Assembly: GCF_963576615.1 (NCBI RefSeq)
Contig: NC_088717.1
Coordinates: 57,890,749-57,954,748 of the forward strand
DNA length: 64,000 nt
Origin: Watersipora subatra
Taxonomy: Eukaryota
Direction of reading: 5' to 3'
Shown here: positions 34,841 to 50,100 of the stretch, one piece after another
Layout of the letters: the number at the start of each line of letters is the position of its first letter
Numbering within the stretch: the first letter of the stretch is position 1
The notes under the pieces: generated by a model
Databases searched by the model: none
Seen by the model: the letters and a program-made list of their open reading frames with translations, nothing else
What the model was told of the DNA's origin: nothing
Position numbers and translations under genes: made by a program

Positions 34841-35207
34841 GTCGCCCTACTACCTTTTCTCATCCATGTTGTTTATAAACAGTCGCCCTACTACCTTTTC
34901 TCATCCATGTTGTTTATAAACAGTCGCCCTACTACCTTTTCTCATCCATGTTGTTTATAAACAGTCGCCCTACTACCTTTTCTCATCCATGTTGTTTATA
35001 AACAGTCGCCCTACTACCTTTTCTCATCCATGTTGTTTATAAACAGTCGCCCTACTACCTTTTCTCATCCATGTTGTTTATAAACAGTTGCCCTACTACC
35101 TTTTCTCATCCATGTTGTTTATAAACAGTCGCCCTACTACCTTTTCTCATCCATGTTGTTTATAAACAGTCGCCCTACTACCTTTTCTCATCCATGTTGT
35201 TTATAAA
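34841..35207. repeat. Minisatellite with a 44-bp unit (cagtcgccctactaccttttctcatccatgttgtttataaa) in about 8.5 copies.
   Basis: Near-perfect tandem copies are visible. Confidence 0.95.
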
Positions 35208-38195
35208 TGTTTTATATTGGCAATAGCTTGGTGTGCTAAAACGATTCTGTGGGACTAGTTTTGTTGGTTGGCAGACAAGGAAGCAACAGTCTGCAGCTCA
35301 GTCTAATATCTAATAATTGTCGGAACAGTTGGCATAACCTGAAAACATCGGTTTTTATTCCATAACACTAACTTACTACATCCAACATCGTATGTTTCAG
35401 TTTATAAACTTTGTGTTACTACAGCCTTCAATTCACTATCATGACTCCTTTGCAATACTATTAGATCACCAACTTTTAAAACACGTTTGTTCAACTCACT
35501 CAATAATTCCTGATTTATGCCTTTTTAATTTTTATTTTTGGCATGTAACGAAAAACATGATTTTTGTTGATAGTTTGTTAATGCCAATAAAAAGTTATAC
35601 ATGCATACATAAATACATGAGAAGTTTTAGCTGACACAAGCTATGTGTGCATCTAGCTTGTTTTATATGTAAAGTAACCTTTCAATTTTGTAGTATTGAG
35701 GAGTTGCAAGGGATGGACACGATGCGAATCCAGATTGGCCCGGCTGCTGATAGCAATTCACTGCCTTCACTACTCGCTGTAAGATCAGGCTGATTCAAAG
35801 GTGTCAGGTTTTTCGTGTGCGGACTGTGTTTGTTGCTCATTGCGATTTCACACTACGCATGCACTTTACATATTGTATATTTACTTGTAGATTTTCTACC
35901 TTGTAACAATGTAGTAATAGATTTAATGACATGCCTTCTTCCTTCCATGTAGAGGTTCTCAGAGGGCCTTAAAAATCATTCTCTTGGTTTCTCTTTGGAA
36001 TTTTGGTATGAAGCATTTAATAGAGGCACAGTGTTGTGGCCTTAATAAACGTTAAACAAATGTAAATATGTTACGTATTTGTTTCTTATAACATATGAGA
36101 GCACTCTTGATTATCATTAGCTTTTTGTTTTTGCTTTAAGGCCAATCACAGAAATGATGTAATGCCAGGGTGCACAGTTTTGCATGGACTTTCTCTGGCA
36201 TTTGTGCGCACATCCTAAATGTTGTGTATATTAAGCCTCCATCTCTTGTAATCTCTTAGGGAAAGCACAGAGTCTCTCAGCCTGCAAGGCTCACACCACT
36301 TGGTATTTGCAACAAATTAATGCTCTCAGTGTGTTTGTAGTATTTGTATATGCAAGATCTAAATGCTGACTAAACCAAAGTGGTTGCATCGCTCACTCCA
36401 ACGCAGACGTCACTCTTGTCGCAGCTTTTATTCTCTGCTCCACAGTTCCCACTCCCGCCGCGACAGTCCTCTGTCACTCCACCACACTCCTACACCACAC
36501 CGCTACATCAGTCCCCCACCCTCTGCACCAGTCCCCACCCGCTACACCAGTCCCCACCCGCGGCACTAGTGCTCACCCGCTGCACCAGTCTTTCCTAACG
36601 TACGGTAAACAATTATAGCTTTCAGAGTAGAAGTGTCACATTTCCTGTGTCCTTCTGCCTAAGCTGCGCATGCAATTTCCGTCTCTCTGTTATTTGTAAA
36701 TACTGGCATGGTTAGGATTCGTCATATGCTTCCCATAATCACCTTTACCGGTACGCATATAGTAACCTAATATACGTAGCAAATTGATTGTTGCTGCCAC
36801 TGCTTCACCATAGTCATCAGATTTGCTATTGATTTTTTTCTATTAGCCGTTTAAGATTATAAACGTGCATGTTTTATGAGAAGCTAACTACTGTATACCA
36901 GAATTTAGATAATTCTACAAGTAACATGCCTTTTAATACATGTGAACTCTATAAGCAAAGCTTATGTATGAAATTGAATATAATTCGCTATCGCAGTCGA
37001 TTTTAATTGAGGAACAAATTTTGAAGATTTTCAATTAAGGCATAAATTAAACTTCTTGTAATTTTTTTGTATTAACTTTGTGAGATGATATTGCTAAAAA
37101 CATTGAATTGGCTTTAAAATGTTTGACGAAAGGTATGCTAAGTTTTGAGTTGCTGCTCAGCACATAAGAGCATTTTATTGGGCATGTGTGGTAAAAGGTT
37201 GTGCCTTGTCTGGGAATGTGAGTTAAGATTGCTTAGGTTCAGTTGACAGTAACAGCCTGTTGCAATGAGGTGCATCGAGCTTGTGGCATATTGAGCAGGT
37301 GCTTCTCGCTGATTGATGGTAATGGTGGCTGCATATTGTCTCTCTACTTACAACAGAGCATCAGCTTCCCAACAGGTAAGTTTTCTTCTGTCAGAATACA
37401 GCCTATTTTCTGTGAGAAGTTGCAATCTCAGTTGCAAGATTTGCTGTATTATTTAATTCTATGCTAGGTATTAGTTACTTTTGCTACTACATGTATAAGA
37501 ATATGACTACTTTTGCTGAGACTTGATATCGCAGGTTTTCCAATCTAAAGTTCTAATGCTCTGAATATTGCCCTGTTGAGAACTTTTGTGTTGCATTGAA
37601 TATCAGGACATTAAATATTCATGCATCTGGAGTAGCCGAGTGCAGTTAGGTGTAGCCCACATGAAAAATGGGGTTATTCACATACTTGGGAGATTTGATT
37701 GCGAAAGTAGATGACCGCTCTGTCATTATATTTGCCAACGAAATTGTTCTTCTCTTGCTCGCTGATTAAACTTATCATGCTTGTCTATGGGGCGTGTTTG
37801 TAATAGAGCATCCATAATATATGTATTACCCAAAGTATGGAATCTACATGTATATACAAAAAAGTTAAACACAGACTACTGTGGCTGGTTGACATATTAG
37901 TTGTGTTATCATTTGTTATACTAATATCTTTAACAAATAACGTTTGCCTGATTTGTTCTAGTAAGAGACTACGTGCGTCTGCTTACATAATATAGCTGTT
38001 CTGAGAGCATAATGTAAATAATAACATTATTGGAACCGAATGAAACTGGCTTTGGCGTTCATCTCAAGTACTAGCATAGCACTGACATCCTCACTTACCT
38101 TGGCAAGTTATGGATTACTTTTCACATCAATTTCATTATATTAAAAGTATTCATAAACGGAGAAATGTTTATTAATATGTTTTGTATGTACCTAT

Positions 38196-38600
38196 AGCGA
38201 ATCATGTGTGTAAGGCATGAACACATTTTACTATCTAGCAAACCGTGTGTGTAAAGTATGAACACATTTTACTGTCTAGTAGAACATGCATGTAAGGTAT
38301 GAATGCATTTTACTATTTTATAAAGCATGCATGTGAAATCTGAACACATTTTATTATCTAGGAAAGCGTGTGTGTAAAGTATGAACACATTTTACTGTCT
38401 AGTAGAACAAGCATGTAAGGTATGAATGCATTTTACTATTTTATAAAGCATGCATGTGAAATCTGAACACATTTTATTATCTAGAAAAGCGTGCGTGTAA
38501 GGTATGAACACATTTTACTGTCGAGTTGAGCATGCATTTAAGATATGAACCCATTTTTCTATCTAGTTAAGTATTTGTGTGAGGTATGAACACATTCTAC
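38196..38600. repeat. Higher-order tandem repeat with a roughly 120-bp period, built from roughly 30-bp sub-units (gtatgaacacattttact.tctag...).
   Basis: Repeated blocks are visible. Confidence 0.85.
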
Positions 38601-39171
38601 GAGACTTTAAAACGTCTCATCTATGCTTAGAGAGAAAGAGTGCTAGTACGTCGTGTATATCTCTATGGTCAAACCTTTTATTGGGTTTCCCTGCAGTAGA
38701 ACATTCTCTGGCTTACATGTTATCTTAACATACACCCACATCTCTTCTTTATCTTCTTCATCTCTTTAACTTCTTCTCTATTAATAGGCAGCATGCTCTG
38801 GTGCATGGCTGTCGTTAAAGAAAAAGAGAACGGAACAGTTTGAGCGTGTCACACGTCACGCCACCGCTACTTTAATCAATATTTCTTTATTTAGCTAACA
38901 CCAGTGGTTAATTAATTTACTTTTGTAAACTTAAGTCTTCCTCAATAGAACTCTATGAGCGACTGTCATGTACCGCTGAAAATATTCAAATGCGTTGAAC
39001 ATTCTGCATCCTAAAGGTATTTAAATACATTGTACAAAGCGACGTCGTAGCAGCACAATCATTGGACATGAATACGCTACTGAGTGCTAACAGCACTCCT
39101 ATGCAGTGTCTGGGTTGACTGTTGGTTGATTCACCTTCATGCACTTAGAGGTGTTTGGACTATCATATTGA

Positions 39172-39740
39172 CTTAAGAGGTAGACTGTCATATGGATATG
39201 TCATATTGACTTGAGAGGTAGACTGTCATATGGATATGTCATATTGACTTGAGAGGTAGACTGTCATATGGATATGTCATATTGACTTGAGAGGTAGACT
39301 GTCATATGGATATGTCATATGGACTTGAGAGGTAGACTGTCATATGATATGTCATATGGACTTGAGAGGTAGACTGTCATATGATATGTCATATGGACTT
39401 GAGAAGTAGACTGTCATATGGATATGTCATATGGACTTGAGAGGTAGACTGTTATATAGTCTTGGGAAGTAGACTGATGTATGGATATGTCATATAGACT
39501 TGGGAGGTAAACTGTTGTATACACTTGAAAGGTAGACTGTCATATGATCTTGAGAGGTAGACTGTTATATGGACTTGGGAAGTAGACTGTCATATGGATA
39601 TGTCATATTGACTTGGGAGGTAAACTGTTATATGGACTTGAGAGGTAGACTGTTATTTTGACTTTAGAGGTAAACTGTCATATGGACTTGAGAGGTAGAC
39701 TGGCATATGGTCTTGGGAAGTAGGCTGTGATATAGACCCA
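39172..39740. repeat. Minisatellite with a roughly 37-bp unit (gacttgagaggtagactgtcatatggatatgtcatatt), about 15 copies with decay toward the 3' side.
   Basis: Tandem copies are visible. Confidence 0.9.
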
Positions 39741-42700
39741 GAGGTGACTGAGGTATGTGCATGGAGGTAGGCTGTGATATGGACTCAGAGACTGGCATGA
39801 ATCTGTACCCTATGTTGCTCTTTACAGACATTTGTCAGTTGAGCACAATATGAGTTGCTGTGTTGTAGTAGCCATGTTTACTAGGTCAACAATTGATAGC
39901 GATCAACTGTTTGTTGCTTAAAATTGTAGTTTATGCTTCAGCACACTTGGTTTTACAACAATTGTGTGTGACGATTAACACAAAGTTTTATTACAGCTGT
40001 GTGTGACAACTAACACGGCATGTTTTATAACAATTGTGTGTGACGATTAACACAAAGTTTTATTACAGCTGTGTTTGACGACTAACACGCCACGTTTCCA
40101 TCATTTAACCATTTAGCGCATTAGTTTACCTTATTTGTGTAATCCGACTAATGTGTCAGAACTGCATTTTCACTTACCGAGGTCGCAGTTTCACATGTAC
40201 GCAGTTCACTGACCCATGAGCATCTTCATTACCCTGAGTCAATCAGTTTTGTATAGCTAATGAGATTTGCCGAGAAGCTGTTTCCCAGACACCATCTGTC
40301 ACCTGTCATCGCTGGTCATTCACTCTCCTCGCTATTTCATTGGTTCCGTTATTTCTACCTTTTTGTACATTCGCGTGAGAAACGTCAGCATTCTGCGCTT
40401 GAACTGTACATGTGAAAGTTGAAGATGTTTCTATCACAATCACAAGTTTCTTGAACAAGGAAAAGACTACTAGTTATTTTTTTATTATTTTATTTACAAT
40501 AATTTTATTTCAATCATTGCAAACAGAAGGGTTTATTGAATTATGCCATACTAAAAACATAAAAAGATAAAAGTTAGTTGATGAAATCAATGGTTTCGCT
40601 TAAGGCATTAAAAATGCCTTTTATTATTAAGAAAACGGATATGAAGTGGGGCATTGTTAAAGGAGCAAGCGAGGATATTTTCAAAATAATTGTTAGAAGT
40701 TGTATGCAGTTTGTTCATATCACGTAAGTTGAAATGAGTTGAAAACCTGTAAATGTAGTTGTATAGTAGTCTGAATAATGTATCTTTATGTCTATAAGCA
40801 AGAGCTCTGTAGAATTAACCTTGAACTTTACCCTACATACTTGATACTGATTAGACATTCATCTGTCAGAAGACTATTAAAACATTAAATGAAGCTAGTC
40901 AAGGAATGACGCTAGTAATTTTGTGATCATGCCATCATTTCCTAGTCAATAAGAGATGACTGCGCTGCTTCAGTAGGTCATGAATATGTATAAAGTCTGG
41001 CGGCTAGGTGACAGCTGTGTGACTACCATTATATCTGTTTACACCATGACAATCAGATGCAAGATTGGTTAATATCAAGAAACGGCAGGGTGGTATAAAG
41101 CCTTCTATAGGTTTCAGTTTAATGTGCTTTTAAGATTGTCTCTGCATACAATAAAGGTATTCAAACAGCAAAATATCGAAAGCATTGTAGAATAGCGTAT
41201 ATGTGTCGACAAACTTAATATTTTTATGGATATGTGATCGAACATACTAACAGCTAGTAAAATATTTGTAGCGTACATCGTATGAATTTGTCATGAGACA
41301 AGCTTTCGGTTTTTTTAGCCTAAAAACATTAAAATATTTATAAAAATCTCGCGCCACGGTTTTCAACGAAACATGACTACACATGCTCTTAATGTCAATG
41401 AGGCCTCCCCAACTCAGTTATTGTGTGCCCTTGTGTACTCTAATAAAGGGAAAAGCTACCATAATTCTCTTAAAATTCTAAGGGGTACGTGATTGGAATC
41501 TGACCACCTCACATGCACCTCAACTACATCCACCCTATGTGTAGGGAATCCAATAGCATGCTTTGCGCAGCATCAAAAGAAACACTTGAACAGCTTGTAC
41601 TAAAGATAATGTCAATTTCACGCAACAAGTTGTTTTACGCAAATGCATTTGTCTCAAGCTATATATACATGGATTTACTAAGATGTTCATAACGCTTAAC
41701 ATGTATGCCATCTATTGTCCACCATTAATTCTCAATTGCTTGTGAAAGTGGTTGAACCTATAACGCATCCACTAGCATTTGTTGATTGCACAGGAAGTGG
41801 TAGTCTATTCATATTACGTAATTATGTAAAATTAGCCTAAATAACTTAAGTGCTAAGCAAGGTCCTTAAGCAGGGCTTTTAAACATAGTTCTTTAAAAGT
41901 GGTCTGCGCAGCTTCAAATCCTTCAGAGATTGTAATTTGATGAACTAGATTAGCTGGCAGCAATGAGCGGTGGGGGATAACCATTCTTGGGGTGAGGACA
42001 GCATCACTGATTCAGACAGCATTCTGCCTTTTATTACAAGACCTTAGATAAAATACCAGGAGTACACTGGCGCATATATTGTGAAGCAGTCGTTGAATTT
42101 TACAAGAGAAATTGGTCTAGAAGCTTCTTTTGTTCAAAAGCATGTTGAGAAGTTGTCTAATTTTCTAATTGACAGATTCGTTAATAATTTAAAAGTTATT
42201 CAAATGCTTACAATTCGTAGGTAATTTTTTATTGTATTTCCAAATTATTTTAGTAATGAGTCATGATTGAGAGATATTTATGGAAAAATCATGTTTATAT
42301 CATCTTTGATACAGACTATAATCATAAAGAGAGGAAGCTAACACGGAAGCTATGTTACCTCTATGTTACTTCGGCTGTAAGACCTCTAAGTACAAAGAAC
42401 TATGATCAACTTTAATCTGGTTGGGTCATTATTAGTAGTTATCATCTTCCGACACTGATGTTGGTAATAAAGCCAATAGCCTTAGCCCTAGGTCTCGCAC
42501 CACTCATAGCAATACTATTAGCTTATTCTAGCGAAGTGTTATACTGCGATAAGAGATTAGCATTACGCATGTACAACAGTTTACAATATTATCTGAACAC
42601 TGCATGGAGTTAGAACCCAATGTTCATTTGCTCTAATATCATATTATATGGAGTCCTCTTTGCGCTGTCTATATATGTACTTGCACCTTCATGTAGACAC

Positions 42701-44389
42701 TTGTCTAGCACTGTCACTGATATATCAGTTTGCAAAAGCTTCAGTCATTTGCAAAAGCCGGTATCTATAATAATGAACTGAGAATTTTGTCCGAATAATT
42801 TGTACAAACTGAGAACAAGATGTATGCTATGTATTCTTTGCTATTTGAGCGGAGTGTTGTGAGTATTGCTGACGTACTTGCCTCAAGGAAACATGTACAC
42901 TAGCCAAGTAGCAACCTTGCAATCCTCCATTAAGAGTACATTTAATTAATATTCAAGTCATGTTACGACTATAAAATGGTGTATTGATTTTAAAGTCATT
43001 CACATCATCTCCATTTTCTGCAACATTGCAGGCTAGATCCGGTGCTAATTGTACTCGAGTTTGAGTTACGATCATATTGTTCAGCTTTCAGTGCGTTCTA
43101 AAACCCTGTGTATAGCTAAACATCGCTCACACACCATAAAGTAGTACGTATATCTGCTTACAAATGAGATGTGTTCAGTGCAAGCGTTACGAATGCTTAG
43201 TATATGTATGTTGTGTGTTAATCATCTCAATGTGACCCAAAACAAACGGTTCATTGACAAGGCAGCGGCAGCAAGGGCAGTCTTCTTATTCTTCTAGACA
43301 CGCGGATGTGCTTAGCCCTCTACTCCTCTAAAATAGCTTTGAGAAAGACTCATTATTTTGTTGCCAATATAAATGTTGTATAAATATATGTTGCGTGTTA
43401 CATTTATATGTTGTACGTATATATAGTTGTTGTATATATATACATGTATAAAAGTTGTATATATATATAGTTGTTGTTGTATATATACATGTATAAAAAT
43501 CTTATTGCAGAAGTACTTAATTATCTAAAAGATCATTAGCTAAATAAAGCTAATAAAGAGTGCTCAACATCATATATGTAGCTAAACCTATAAATAGTTT
43601 AAAGAATGGTTTTGAGGTAGCGTTCAGCTGCTGACAGTTTTACGGATCCTTGAAAGGGACGGTAGCTCAAAGCTAAGTTCAAACCATTCCTTAGACTTCA
43701 CGTATAAGTACATACATATAGATTTACTTTACATCCTGTGTATCTGTACAAGTGTACTGCAGCTATGCAACAACATATTTTATACATATGTAGCACTTAA
43801 ATTACGGTATACAGTACAAGCATCCTTACATTTTCTGTAATTGATGCCGAGGTGTAAACTAAAGCGATATACTGTCTGGCACAGTTTGAGTTATAAAATA
43901 TCCAACATCAGCCACCGCTCTGTATTATCACCATTTTTACTTTTCCACTATTCATGCATATAGACCGAGTTCTCAACTATTTGTATTAATAATAATTAAA
44001 TAATAAAAATTAATACAGCGTTACATTCCTTTTAAAAGTTGGATGATGAATGCATTTGTTGTGTGTATACGAAAAATTATTGTTTATCGACTGCTTTGTA
44101 TTGCCAATCTTTCCCAATCAATTCAGCTGCGTATCCATATGGAGATCAACTCATATGGGTGCTCCTCCCTCAACTCTCTTACTCATCGTTGTACGCTATC
44201 TCCACCTACATATGAATATTTACAAGCGGGAGTCACTATTGCTGCTCTTAGTAAACAGTTATAAGTAAATCAGATACATATTATGTAAACCTTTTTTAGA
44301 TGTGCTAACAAAACAAATGTGTGACATGTTTGCTGTTTGAAACCAATACATTATAGATTTAGTGTATATTGAGTGAACCATAGACATAT

Positions 44390-44530
44390 TACACATAGAC
44401 TGTTACACTAAAACTATATATATTGAGTAACCATAGACATACTGTATTACACATAGACTGTTACGCTAAATTGGTATATATTGAGTAAACCATAGACATC
44501 TTACACATAGACTGTTACGCTAAAACTATG
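44390..44530. repeat. Three copies of a roughly 60-bp tandem repeat (ccatagacatattacacatagactgttacactaaaactatatatattgagtaa).
   Basis: Visible in the sequence. Confidence 0.8.
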
Positions 44531-44879
44531 TCTATTATTAGTATCGTCAGTCATATGACTAGAAACCAATACAATTTAGTTAATCTAGTTCTATTTTTAG
44601 ACACCATAAATATAGTTTGTTTGCTTGTAGACTTCATCATATATTCATCACATGTTAGATTAGTGGTCAGAAGACAAGTAGTTGTCGCCACCTGCAAGTA
44701 CAATCAGGCCTACAATTTGCTTATTTCACCCATATTTAAATATATGCGTATATATTCCTATATGCCCATATAGGTATATATATGTGTATATACCCATATA
44801 TATAGATATACGTATATATATATAGATATATATATATATGTGTTATTGCGCCCTTGGGAGACTGGGAGGTGTTATTGCG

Positions 44880-45095
44880 CCTTTGGGACAATGGGCGCAA
44901 TAACACCTGCGCATAAAATGTGGCTTGCCCAGATACCAGCAGCAATCAACTCAAGTGAGTGACAGAAAAGTGCGCTATTGGGTACAGCTAAGATCTTGAG
45001 GCGAGTGCACAAACTCCCAGGTCTCTGGTAGGAGACCCGAGTTAGAGCAGAAATTACCACCCATATAGATTTACCAGGGTGAGGAAACAATTTAT
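44880..45095 (+). mobile_element. SINE/MITE-like dispersed repeat, copy 2. It is flanked by TA-rich microsatellites (44750-44880 and 45080-45200).
   Basis: Homologous to 29086-29290. An inverted duplication gttattgcgcc...ggcgcaataac lies at its 5' edge (44848-44905). Confidence 0.6.
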
Positions 45096-46609
45096 GTATA
45101 TATATTTATATAAATATTTATATATATAGATAATATATATGTATATATATGTATGCATCTATACATTCATAAATGTTTATATATATATATTATGTACATG
45201 TATGTACTTTTATTGGACAGTTCATAGTCATTTTTATATTTAAAAAAATGTTTGCGTTTAGTGCCACACAAAAGAATCAATAAGTAAAACGATGTTAAAA
45301 TTTATACAAAGAAAGCCACTAAGTTTAGATATACATCTTACATATTTTGTCAAAAAATTAAAAAAACTAACAATGCAATTGTTGAGCGCATCTTTTGGTA
45401 AGTACAAAATTAAATCATTTAGTCGTGGATATCTGGAATTTGAGAATTAAAACTTCAGTGATGTATGAAGGAGTTGAACAATTTGGTATTTTAAATCCAA
45501 CGATGTTAGTAAAATAAGTTCACATATCAAGTCATAGAATGTTTTTTAGCAAATGACAAACTGCATTTTTCAGATATCGGACTATGCCCGTGTCTCATCA
45601 AGTGCATTAAGAAAATGAGATATGCTGTTAATTTGTTGAAGTAGTTACGCAAAAAAGGCGGCGATTAGAAGCGAAGAGAGAGAGACGCTAGCCGCTGCCC
45701 CTTGTAGATCAATAGGTAATAAGTGGCGGCCTATAATTACCTCTAGGTAGCTGCTAATTGCCCTGCTTCCTCACATGGCTGCCTAAGGTGCATAAATTGC
45801 TTGAAAATTGATTTTTCTTTCTTAGCAAGTAAATTACATGCTTATTAAAGAGCAGTTTACTCTATCCTCAGCTGCCATAAATCAAAACCCAAATGACGGA
45901 AAATGAAGTTAAAATCTTCCGATATTTTGTTCTTCAAATCGCCGGCTTGCGAATCCGTATGTGTGGTGAATGAACCGACAGTCTGCCTAGTATCGTGCAA
46001 GGTGAGTGAACTCACAGCTTGTCTTGATGAATACTCCTTGCAGCGTATCGCTTAAACGTATATAGGAAGTCGGTTGTATAGTTGGTTAGGTAAGTACGGT
46101 CATTCTAGCAAATAGTTTTTGTTTGCAGCTGTGCCGAAACTTGTGCACTTATAAACATATAAGACTAGTACGCTGCCAGTCTCATGCGCTGTGAGATATT
46201 GTCATCTGTAATAGCTATGTGCACAATTATTCTTACATGTGGAAAGGTGCAGATGACAGAGGGTTTTAAATCTGAATATCTAGGTGCAATTCATGTGCGA
46301 TGCATTATGTTTCCCTAAAGCTTTTAGTGGGATTTCAGACAGACGGCAGACACGGCTCTTATTATAGTAAATATTTGATCAACTGCATGCGGGTTAACAT
46401 TTTGTCACAGAATGGTTACTGACCGTTGCAACTGTGTAAATATTCTATAATTTAGCTTTTGAATTCTGTTTCAAGTTTTAAAGTTTTAATTACATTGTAA
46501 CATAATAATTTTAGATGAATATTATCTATTTAATATACTGTACATATAATGTATACATGTGCTTACTAATATGTATTATATGTGTAGCTATTTCTTTGCC
46601 CTTGCAGTC

Positions 46610-47189
46610 GTATGCCAATGAGAGTAAACAGCGAGCCATGTCAGACTATAGGACAAATGTGTCCAACGTACAAGTATACATGAACCAAAGCAATGGTCAC
46701 ATAAGCACAGCTTTAGTTCCACATGACAGTCCACTGCTTGGCCAGTACAGTTCTCACCCCGACCCCACGAGTTACTACAGCAATGGCTATATCAAGAATA
46801 ACAATGTATACACAAATGGAGGCACTACGGCGGTCCAGTTTGCAACAGCTGATATAGATAGAGGAGGGGGATACCAGCAATATCACCACATGCCAAATCA
46901 GCACTACAGTCTTCCACAGAGACACCATTCTCAAATTGTAGTACCTCCTTCACCCCAAATGTGGGGCAAAAAGCCAACTTTGCAAGCAGAACAGTCTGGA
47001 ATGCCTTCCCGCAATGGCAATACCTCTTTGTTTGACTTGTTGGCAAAGACTCAGTTGCAACGAACGTATTCCAATCGATGCACTAGAGGCAGCGGTATAC
47101 GCCGGTGCAGCAAAGCACCGCCAGCAATAGTAGACACATTGACAGCATTGAAGAAAACTGCGTCTTCCACCAACAATACAAACCCAAAG
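46610..47189 (+). CDS. Long internal coding exon of an unidentified gene, rich in S/N/Q/Y/H and low-complexity.
   Basis: A 580-nt open frame runs from acceptor ccttgcag at 46607-46609 to donor AAG|gtagac at 47190. I do not recognise the family. Confidence 0.3.
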
Positions 47190-50100
47190 GTAGACGTTAT
47201 TATTATTATTATTAGTCTACTACGAATAGCCATTAGTCCAAGCGCAATTCTCTTGAAACGTATGTATGGATGTGTCTCATTATACACCTTTATTAGACAG
47301 CTGTACTGAATAACTCTATGGCACAACTCTAACACACAACTATGATAAAGTTAAGATATATAAATCTTGTTAATAGGTCTCTATGAAAGACAAACCTTTT
47401 AGCTATCAGCAATTTTATAAAAGAATTATCTTCTGTTATCATTTCTAGTTAATGAAATTTTGACTTCAAACACCGTTACAGGTACCTTGATTAATGCTGT
47501 TAATTCAGTAGTATTTTTTGTAAAATTTGAGTTTTCACCATTTTATTCATTAAAAGATTCTACAATCTAAAAGATCAGACACACTCTGTATACAGCAACA
47601 AACAAATACTGTGCAAACCCGTTGAAACCCCTTTGAGTTACTTTAATAATTCAAATAGTAAAAACTGATTAATCTAACTATTGTAGTCTATAAGTTATTG
47701 CGCTCTTGCCAGTTTTTCAATTTTACCTAAAATGTCAAAAGTCAATATGGAAATGCGAATCACCTTAAATAGCATACAAAAACTCTCTATGGACAATTTC
47801 AGCCATTAATATTGTTGAGATTTGTGACGACCTTTAATGATTAACCTCTATCTTGGCGGCGAAATAACCTGTGACTGTTTGCTAGCTAGCATTGGCTTTG
47901 TCTAGACACGTGTATCACCTTAACTGACCACATGCTCACCAGCGGTGTAATTCTACATAGCCAGCGAGTCTAGAGGGACTGCTCAAGTCACGATTGACAT
48001 CAGAATTGTTTGATAATTTTATGTAGAACTTATTATGCATGCCATCAGGTGCCAGCGAGTGTCAGCGGGTACTTGCACAAAATAAGTCTGAATCCTTTGA
48101 GAGAAGTTGTGAAAAACATATCCGTCAATGTACAACTAGGTCGAAATAGAAACCAAAGACCAATCATGATCTAGAGCAAAAGTAATGAAAGCTCCTCTGT
48201 TTATTCTACAGCGGATGAACAGAAGAGCAGTAAAATGAACAACATTTCATTCTGTTCAGCAAGTTCTGTTACTTGCTCGACAGTACAGTACGGCATATAA
48301 AGTGTATAAACAGTGGACAGTACAGTACTACATATAAAGTGTATAAACAAGTGTGTTTATAAACGTTTCATAAAACCTTTTTTTGGTTAAAATTGACAGA
48401 ATGTTCCTTTTACCAGCCTTGAATTTTTTTATGGTCTTGTAATTATTATTCTTGTTGGTGTTAAATTACATACATTAAACAGCAAAATATGAACATAAAC
48501 TAGTTTGAAAACATACCATGAAAATATATTTATCATATTTAATATGAATTATACTTACTACGTACAATCTCAATATTGGTAGTAATACTTTTTTAAATAG
48601 TGATACTTATAATTTTGAACTTTTTGTAACTTTAGAATAAGTCTGATTTTTACAACAAAGACGCAAGTGCTAGTAAATCTACATTAAATCTCCGTCCTTT
48701 TAAGTCTATCAACCAACGCTCTATTTCTTATAAATACAATACAAATTCTTAGCTTTCTGTCTCCCGGTCTGAGAAGTACAGACATCTGAAAATGAGATGA
48801 TTTGCAAAGAGGTCTGCTGAAAAGATTCGTCATGTTGTAAACTGACAAATTAAAATTCCTGTAAAAATTCACAGTCAAGAATAGAACAATTTTGACAATG
48901 ACTGTATGTCTTATGTACAGTCAGGGTGCTGTTAGTATTCCTCGATGAATAATTGTTCTAAAATCTGACCTTTGCTTTTCTTGAAATTAAAAGTTGCTTT
49001 CAGATGACTGGCACAGCTAAGTATTGTATCAAGTACTGTCAAGTACTTGTCAGTTCTTGTCATGCTTGGGCCGTTTCTCTTGACATTTACTAATACAGTT
49101 GTTATAACCAAGCACTGGTTGGTCACAATGAGTACCTCTATGGAATCAAATGAGATACGACTTCAAACTGAGTTGAGTTGCAGAAATGGAGATATTAAAC
49201 GAGATGTGGTCTTTTATTAGTAAATTAATAATCAATATAAAGTGTCAATTTAAAAATTCAGTCTTTTACCTTTTAGAAGAAAAGCTTTCAATTTGTAAAG
49301 TGACCGCAGTAGTGACCTTCACTCCTGCATTTCAGCCCTGTTTTCTGCCAATCTGAGTTATCAGATGAGCTGATACTAAAACGGGCATCTAAACCAGAGT
49401 TATTCTATGACTATTGTCTATGACTATGACTATTACTCTATGGCTATAATAGCCTTAAAAGAAATAAGCCTTAGAAGAAACGGATAGTTGGATACAGGTT
49501 AGGGCTAGTAATAGTAGGTACGGCAGTTGTCTGCCCAGTTCTCTCTTTTGGTCAGTGTGTTTGAATGATGGCGCCATGCATTAGGCTTGCAGTACAAGAG
49601 TTTGAAAGTCGGAAACATTGCTTGTCATAGCCTTGCTGTCTTTTATTAATTCTACTTGGACAAGTGTAAAACCTTGTGTGTTTGCTGTAGCTGACATCAT
49701 CTGTATAAAAGGTTTTGTGAGACATTTTGTGAGTGTGAGGGAGGGTAAAGTAACATATGCATTGTACGCTATAGATGAGTACCGTTGGTGAGAGCCAGTG
49801 ATAGTAGCGGCTAGAGCAAGTGTGAGTGCTTGTTCAGTCACTCAATACCACTTACCGTGTCTTCTCTATCACCAAATATAATCAGACAATCTTGTTCTTT
49901 TTTGGAGTGTCCGATGCATTTATCAGAGCGCGCTGGAGTTACAAGCGAGTGACCTGAACAGTTAGGATATTAATTCACACGCTCTGCTAAGGTGGTTTGG
50001 CTTTATTTGTGACACTCGGTACAGGCGCTTGTTGATCCGCTACACAGAAGAGAACCTTTTGTTGCAATGCGAGAGGTCTGTCATTATTCATCGGTAAACT